Shown here piece by piece: positions 60,265 to 64,000 of a DNA stretch of 64,000 bases (the first letter of the stretch is position 1; each line of letters begins with the position of its first letter). Source of the stretch: an uncultured Pseudomonadota bacterium (GTDB lineage: Bacteria > Pseudomonadota > Gammaproteobacteria > Steroidobacterales > Steroidobacteraceae); NCBI GenBank assembly GCA_963727685.1, contig CAVSGY010000007.1, forward strand, positions 9,300 through 73,299, written 5' to 3'. The notes beneath the pieces were generated by a model. It did not search any database and was not told the DNA's origin. It was given only the letters and a program-made list of their open reading frames with translations. The position numbers and the translations under genes were made by a program.

Positions 60265-61676
60265 AGGCGCAGCGCCAGGCGTTGCACCAAGTTGCCGTAA
60301 GGCGGGTAGAACAGGCCCACCGGGAAGAAGCGGTGGCGCTTGAAGACCGCCTTCGCGTGCGACAGTTCGCGAAAGCCCTCCTCGCCGTGGTAGCTGCCCA
60401 TGCCAGATGTCCCGGAGCCGCCGAACGGCAGGTCGTGGTTGAAGACGTGCCAGCCCCAGTCGTTGACCGTCACGCCGCCGGAGTGGGTGTTGGCGAGCAG
60501 TTCGCCGAGTGCGCCGGCCGCGAAGCCAAACGGATACAGCGCGAGCGGCCGCGGCCGCTCGGCCACGTAGCGCAGCGCGTCGGCGAGCGTGTCGTAGCCG
60601 ACCACCGGCAGGATCGGCCCGAAGATCTCCTCGCGCGCGATGCGCATCTCGGCGCGCACACCGGTGATGACGTGCAGCGGCAGCCGGCGATCATTGCCGG
60701 CGGCGCCGGCGACGGTTACGGTCGCGCCGCGGCTGCGGGCATCCGCGATCAGGTCCAGCAAGCGCGAGTGCTGCCGGTCGTTGACGACGCTGGTGTAGTC
60801 GGCGTTGCCGTACACCTCGGGAAAGAAGCCGCGGAACGCCGCCGCCGCGGCAGCGGCGAATTCCTCAACGCGCGCCTTCGGCACCAGTGCGTAGTCCGGC
60901 GAGACGCAGATCTGGCCGCAGTTGAACGCCTTGCCGTGCGCGATCGCACGGGCGGCGGCGACGAAGTCCGCGTCCGGGTGCAGGATGGCCGGTGATTTGC
61001 CGCCGAGTTCGAGCGTCACCGGGGTCAGGTTGGCCGCGGCGGCGCGCATGACGTGCGGCGCGACCACCGGCGAGCCGGTGAACACGAGGTGGTCGAAGGG
61101 CACGGCCGAGAAGGCCTGCGCCGCGGCGACCGCGCCGCCGAACACCGCGACCTCGTCCTCGGCGAAGCAGTCCGCGAGCAGGGCCCGCACCGCCTCGGTC
61201 GTGCGTGGCGTGAATTCCGACATCTTGATCATTGCGCGGTTGCCGGCCGCGAGCGCCGCGACGAGTGGCCCGAGCGCGAGGTACACCGGGAAGTTCCAGG
61301 GCGCGATGATGCCGACGACGCCCTTCGGCTGGTACATCACGTAGGCGCGGTTGGTCGCGAACAGCAACTCCGTGTGCCGCCGGCGCGAGCGCATCCAGCG
61401 GCCGAGGTGGCCGAGCGCGTGGTTGATCTCGAGCACCGGGCCGAGCACGTCGGCCATCTTCGACTCGAACTGCGAGCGGCCGCCGAAGTCGTCGCTCATG
61501 GCGTCGGCGAGGCGGTCCTGATGGGCGCGTAGCGCCGCACGCAGCGCCTTGAGCCGAGCGCGGCGCTCGTCCGCCGTCGGGTAGGGGTACGCGGCGAATG
61601 CCGCGCGCTGGCGGGCGTAGACCGCCTGCAGCCTCGCGATCTCCGCCTCATCGCCGGGCAACTCGGGCGCGTTCAC
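60240..61676 (-). CDS. NAD(P)-dependent aldehyde dehydrogenase (coniferyl-aldehyde dehydrogenase-like subfamily)
   Basis: The GTG start (complement 61674-61676) overlaps the permease stop. ..GVVGIIAPWNFP..LELGGKSPAIL..AFNCGQICVSPDY (catalytic Cys)..EEIFGPILPV..PFGGSGTSGMG. Tail of composite ORF 60240..63524. Confidence 0.9.
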   Translation of the reverse strand: MNAPELPGDEAEIARLQAVYARQRAAFAAYPYPTADERRARLKALRAALRAHQDRLADAMSDDFGGRSQFESKMADVLGPVLEINHALGHLGRWMRSRRRHTELLFATNRAYVMYQPKGVVGIIAPWNFPVYLALGPLVAALAAGNRAMIKMSEFTPRTTEAVRALLADCFAEDEVAVFGGAVAAAQAFSAVPFDHLVFTGSPVVAPHVMRAAAANLTPVTLELGGKSPAILHPDADFVAAARAIAHGKAFNCGQICVSPDYALVPKARVEEFAAAAAAAFRGFFPEVYGNADYTSVVNDRQHSRLLDLIADARSRGATVTVAGAAGNDRRLPLHVITGVRAEMRIAREEIFGPILPVVGYDTLADALRYVAERPRPLALYPFGFAAGALGELLANTHSGGVTVNDWGWHVFNHDLPFGGSGTSGMGSYHGEEGFRELSHAKAVFKRHRFFPVGLFYPPYGNLVQRLALRLYLGKPHG

Positions 61677-63070
61677 TGCCGCGCTCCGCCGCGCCCGCGG
61701 CGCAGCACCACGTAGGCGATCAGCACGAGGGCGATCGATACCATGCTCGCCCAGAACTCCTCGAAGTGCGAGGGTGTGATCGCCATCGCCACGAGCACGA
61801 GCACCATGCCGGCGAGCGCCAGGTAGCTGAGCCACGGGAACAGCCACATCGGCAGCGCCGGCAGCGGCTCGCCGGCCCGGTCGCGCCGGCGGCGCACGAC
61901 CAGCTGCGAGACGACGATCGTGGCGTAGATCACGACGATCAGTGCGCCCGAGGCATTGGTCAGGAACGCGTACACGACCGCCGGCAGCTTGTAGTTGGCG
62001 ATCAGGCCGACGAAGCCAGCGAGGCTTGCCAGCAGCACCGAGCGGGCTGGCACGTGCCTGGTCGTCGTCTTCACGAGGGCATGCGGTGCATCGCCCTTTT
62101 CGGCGAGCACGAACAGCACGCGCGAGGCGACGTAGAACGAAGAATTGAGGCACGACAGCACGGCCGTCAGGATGATGAAGTCCATGATGTCGCTGGCGCC
62201 GAGGCCCCACAGGCTGATGTGCAGCGACTCGAGCGCCGTCGTGAACGGCGAGTGGCCGGGTTGGACCTCGGTCCACGGCAGGATGCTGCAGATGACGAAG
62301 ATCGAGCCGACGTAGAAGATGAGGATGCGGCTCATGATCATCGACGTCATCTTGGCGACGTGCTTGGCCGGCTCCTCGGATTCGGCAGCGGCGATCGTGA
62401 CCACCTCGGCACCCATCATCGAGAAGATGACCGTCGTGACCGCGGCCAGCACGGCGAAAGCACCGTGCGGCGCGAAGCCGCCGTGCGAGTACAGGTGCGC
62501 GAAGGTGGGTCCCGTCGCCGAGTGGAAGCCGAAGGCGTGCGCGCCGCCGATCACGATGAACGAGACGATCGCGGCCACCTTGATCGAGGCGAACCAGAAC
62601 TCGAACTCGCCGTAGGTGCGCGCCGGCATCAGGTTCACGCCCGTCATCACTACCATCAGGGCGAAGCCGGTGGCGAGCGGATTCAACGATGGGTAGTGGT
62701 GCGCGAGGATGTTTGCGCCGGCGATGGCCTCGACCGGGATCACGATGATCCAGAAGTACCAGTACAACCAACCGACCGAGAACCCGGCCCAGTCGCCGAG
62801 GCCGGCGCGTGCGAATTCGGTGAACGAGCGCACCTGCGGCATCTCGACCGCCATCTCGCCGAGCGCCCGCATGATCAGCAGCACGAGTGTGCCGGTGAGT
62901 GCGTACGAGATCAGGATCGCGGGCCCGGCAGCGGCGATCGCCACGCTGCTGCCGACGAACAGCCCCGCCCCGATGATTCCACCGATAGTGATCATCGTCA
63001 CGTGGCGCGGCCGCAGCGACCGGCTCAGGGAGTGGTCGTCGGCGATGGCCGCGGCGGCGGTGTCGTTCAT
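61673..63070 (-). CDS. APC-family amino acid permease (GabP/AroP-like)
   Basis: MNDTAAAAIADDHSLSRSLRPRHVTMITIGGIIGAGLFVGSS..YALTGTLVLLIMRALGEMAV..GWLYWYFW..FEFWFASIKV. 12 hydrophobic spans. Inside ORF 61673..63121. Confidence 0.9.
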   Translation of the reverse strand: MNDTAAAAIADDHSLSRSLRPRHVTMITIGGIIGAGLFVGSSVAIAAAGPAILISYALTGTLVLLIMRALGEMAVEMPQVRSFTEFARAGLGDWAGFSVGWLYWYFWIIVIPVEAIAGANILAHHYPSLNPLATGFALMVVMTGVNLMPARTYGEFEFWFASIKVAAIVSFIVIGGAHAFGFHSATGPTFAHLYSHGGFAPHGAFAVLAAVTTVIFSMMGAEVVTIAAAESEEPAKHVAKMTSMIMSRILIFYVGSIFVICSILPWTEVQPGHSPFTTALESLHISLWGLGASDIMDFIILTAVLSCLNSSFYVASRVLFVLAEKGDAPHALVKTTTRHVPARSVLLASLAGFVGLIANYKLPAVVYAFLTNASGALIVVIYATIVVSQLVVRRRRDRAGEPLPALPMWLFPWLSYLALAGMVLVLVAMAITPSHFEEFWASMVSIALVLIAYVVLRRGRGGARQ

Positions 63071-63233
63071 GGTCGGTCGGCTCCGGGTTGCCGGGAGGGC
63101 GAAGCCACAGAGGGTACACAATGCGGCGTCGGAGGGCAGCCGGTTCTACAATATCCCCGGCCGGTGCGCCGCCCGGACCGCGCGGCGCGGCCGGCGGCGC
63201 GCGGACGGGCGGCGATCGGCACACGGGAGGCGG

Positions 63234-64000
63234 CGTGAACGAAAAGGGTGACCCCGATTTCGGCGACATCGAGGCCGCCGCGCGGCGCATCGAGCCGTAC
63301 GTGCAGCGCACGCCCGTCTGGGCGTCGGTCGAGCTGTCGCGGGTGCTCGGTGTGGCCGCCGAGTTCAAGTGCGAGAACCTGCAGAGTGCCGGGGCGTTCA
63401 AGTCGCGCGGCGCCTGCAACGCCGTGTTCGCGCTCGACGACGCGAGCGCCGCCCACGGCGTTGCCACCCACTCGTCGGGCAACCACGCCGCGGCACTGTC
63501 GCGCGCCGCGCGGCTGCGCGGCATTCCCGCCTACATCGTCATGCCGCGCGGCGCGCCCCGCATCAAGCGCGCCGCGGTCGAGGGCTTCGGCGGCCGGATC
63601 CAGGAGTGCGAGCCGACGCTCGCCGCGCGCGAGGCGGCCGCCGCCGAGCTGGTCGGCGCGACCGGCGCGACGCTGGTGCATCCGTACGACGACCCGCGCG
63701 TGATCGCCGGCCAGGGCACGATCGTCGTCGAGCTCGCGACACAGACCGCGGTGCCGGACGCCGTGCTGGTCCCGGTCGGCGGCGGCGGGCTCTTGTCGGG
63801 AACGGCGCTCGCCTGCCGGCGGCTCTGGCCGCGTGCGCGCGTCATCGGCGCCGAGCCGGCAGGTGCCGACGATGCCTATCGGTCGTTCACGAGCGGCGTG
63901 CTGCAGCCGCAGCTCGCGCCGCAGACGATTGCCGACGGCCTACGCGGCGCGCTCTCGGCGCGCACGCTCAGGCTCGCACGCGCCCACGTCGACGAGATCG
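63234..64000 (+). CDS. PLP-dependent threonine/serine dehydratase family (threonine ammonia-lyase / serine racemase-like). The 3' end runs off the window.
   Basis: Not in the ORF track because there is no stop in the window. GTG at 63234 after gggagg. VNEKGDPDFGDIEAAARRIEPYVQRTPVW..FKCENLQSAGAFKSRGACNAV (PLP Lys)..HSSGNHAAALS..YIVMP..PVGGGGLLSG. Confidence 0.85.

Noticed and set aside
60240-63524. 1094-aa minus-strand ORF
   Set aside because: Only the last ~479 residues (the aldehyde dehydrogenase) are real. The upstream part is an Arg/Pro/Gly-rich off-frame reading of the permease gene and of the antisense strand of the dehydratase gene.

Overview
About 70% GC proteobacterial chromosome segment. 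The gene order looks gammaproteobacterial, Xanthomonadales/Nevskiales-like; this is inferred from synteny only. Most of the window is conserved housekeeping. On the minus strand: a family-5 ABC binding protein, an M20 deacylase and coaX; a four-gene kynurenine-to-quinolinate block (nbaC-kynB-kynU-kmo); the classical lptD-surA-pdxA-rsmA-(usp)-apaG-apaH array; the cell-shape/wall block mreBCD-mrdA-rodA-mltB-rlpA-dacC-dat-ybeD; and mtgA, ppiB, prmC-prfA-hemA. On the plus strand: folA; amgK-murU-lipA-lipB; gatCAB-hslO; and TPR lipoprotein-lolB-ispE-tRNA-Gln-prs-rplY-pth-ychF. From 45.9 kb the content becomes accessory. It starts with a 665-aa Ig-domain lipoprotein of unknown function and tRNA-Met. 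An atypical, lower-GC stretch of about 7 kb follows. It begins with an eroded tyrosine-integrase gene and carries an intact TonB-dependent receptor, a POT oligopeptide transporter and a NylB-like serine hydrolase. It ends in gene debris and a 10-bp direct repeat of the tRNA-Met 3' end. I read this as a decayed tRNA-integrated island with a live uptake-and-hydrolysis cargo. Immediately after it lies an intact tRNA-Sec (selC), only 16 nt upstream of selD. That SelD has Arg codons where both N-terminal loop Cys residues are expected. fdhD and a small unknown ORF follow. No selA, selB or selenoprotein gene is visible. The window ends with a desaturase, GST, GNAT, aldehyde dehydrogenase, APC permease and a partial threonine/serine dehydratase. 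Many core genes between 1 and 45.9 kb are broken by frame shifts, including essential ones. I interpret these as sequence or assembly indels, not biology, so the broken essential genes are called CDS rather than pseudogenes. Two real genes run off the window edges and are therefore missing from the ORF track. No CRISPR array, rRNA or intact transposase was seen.
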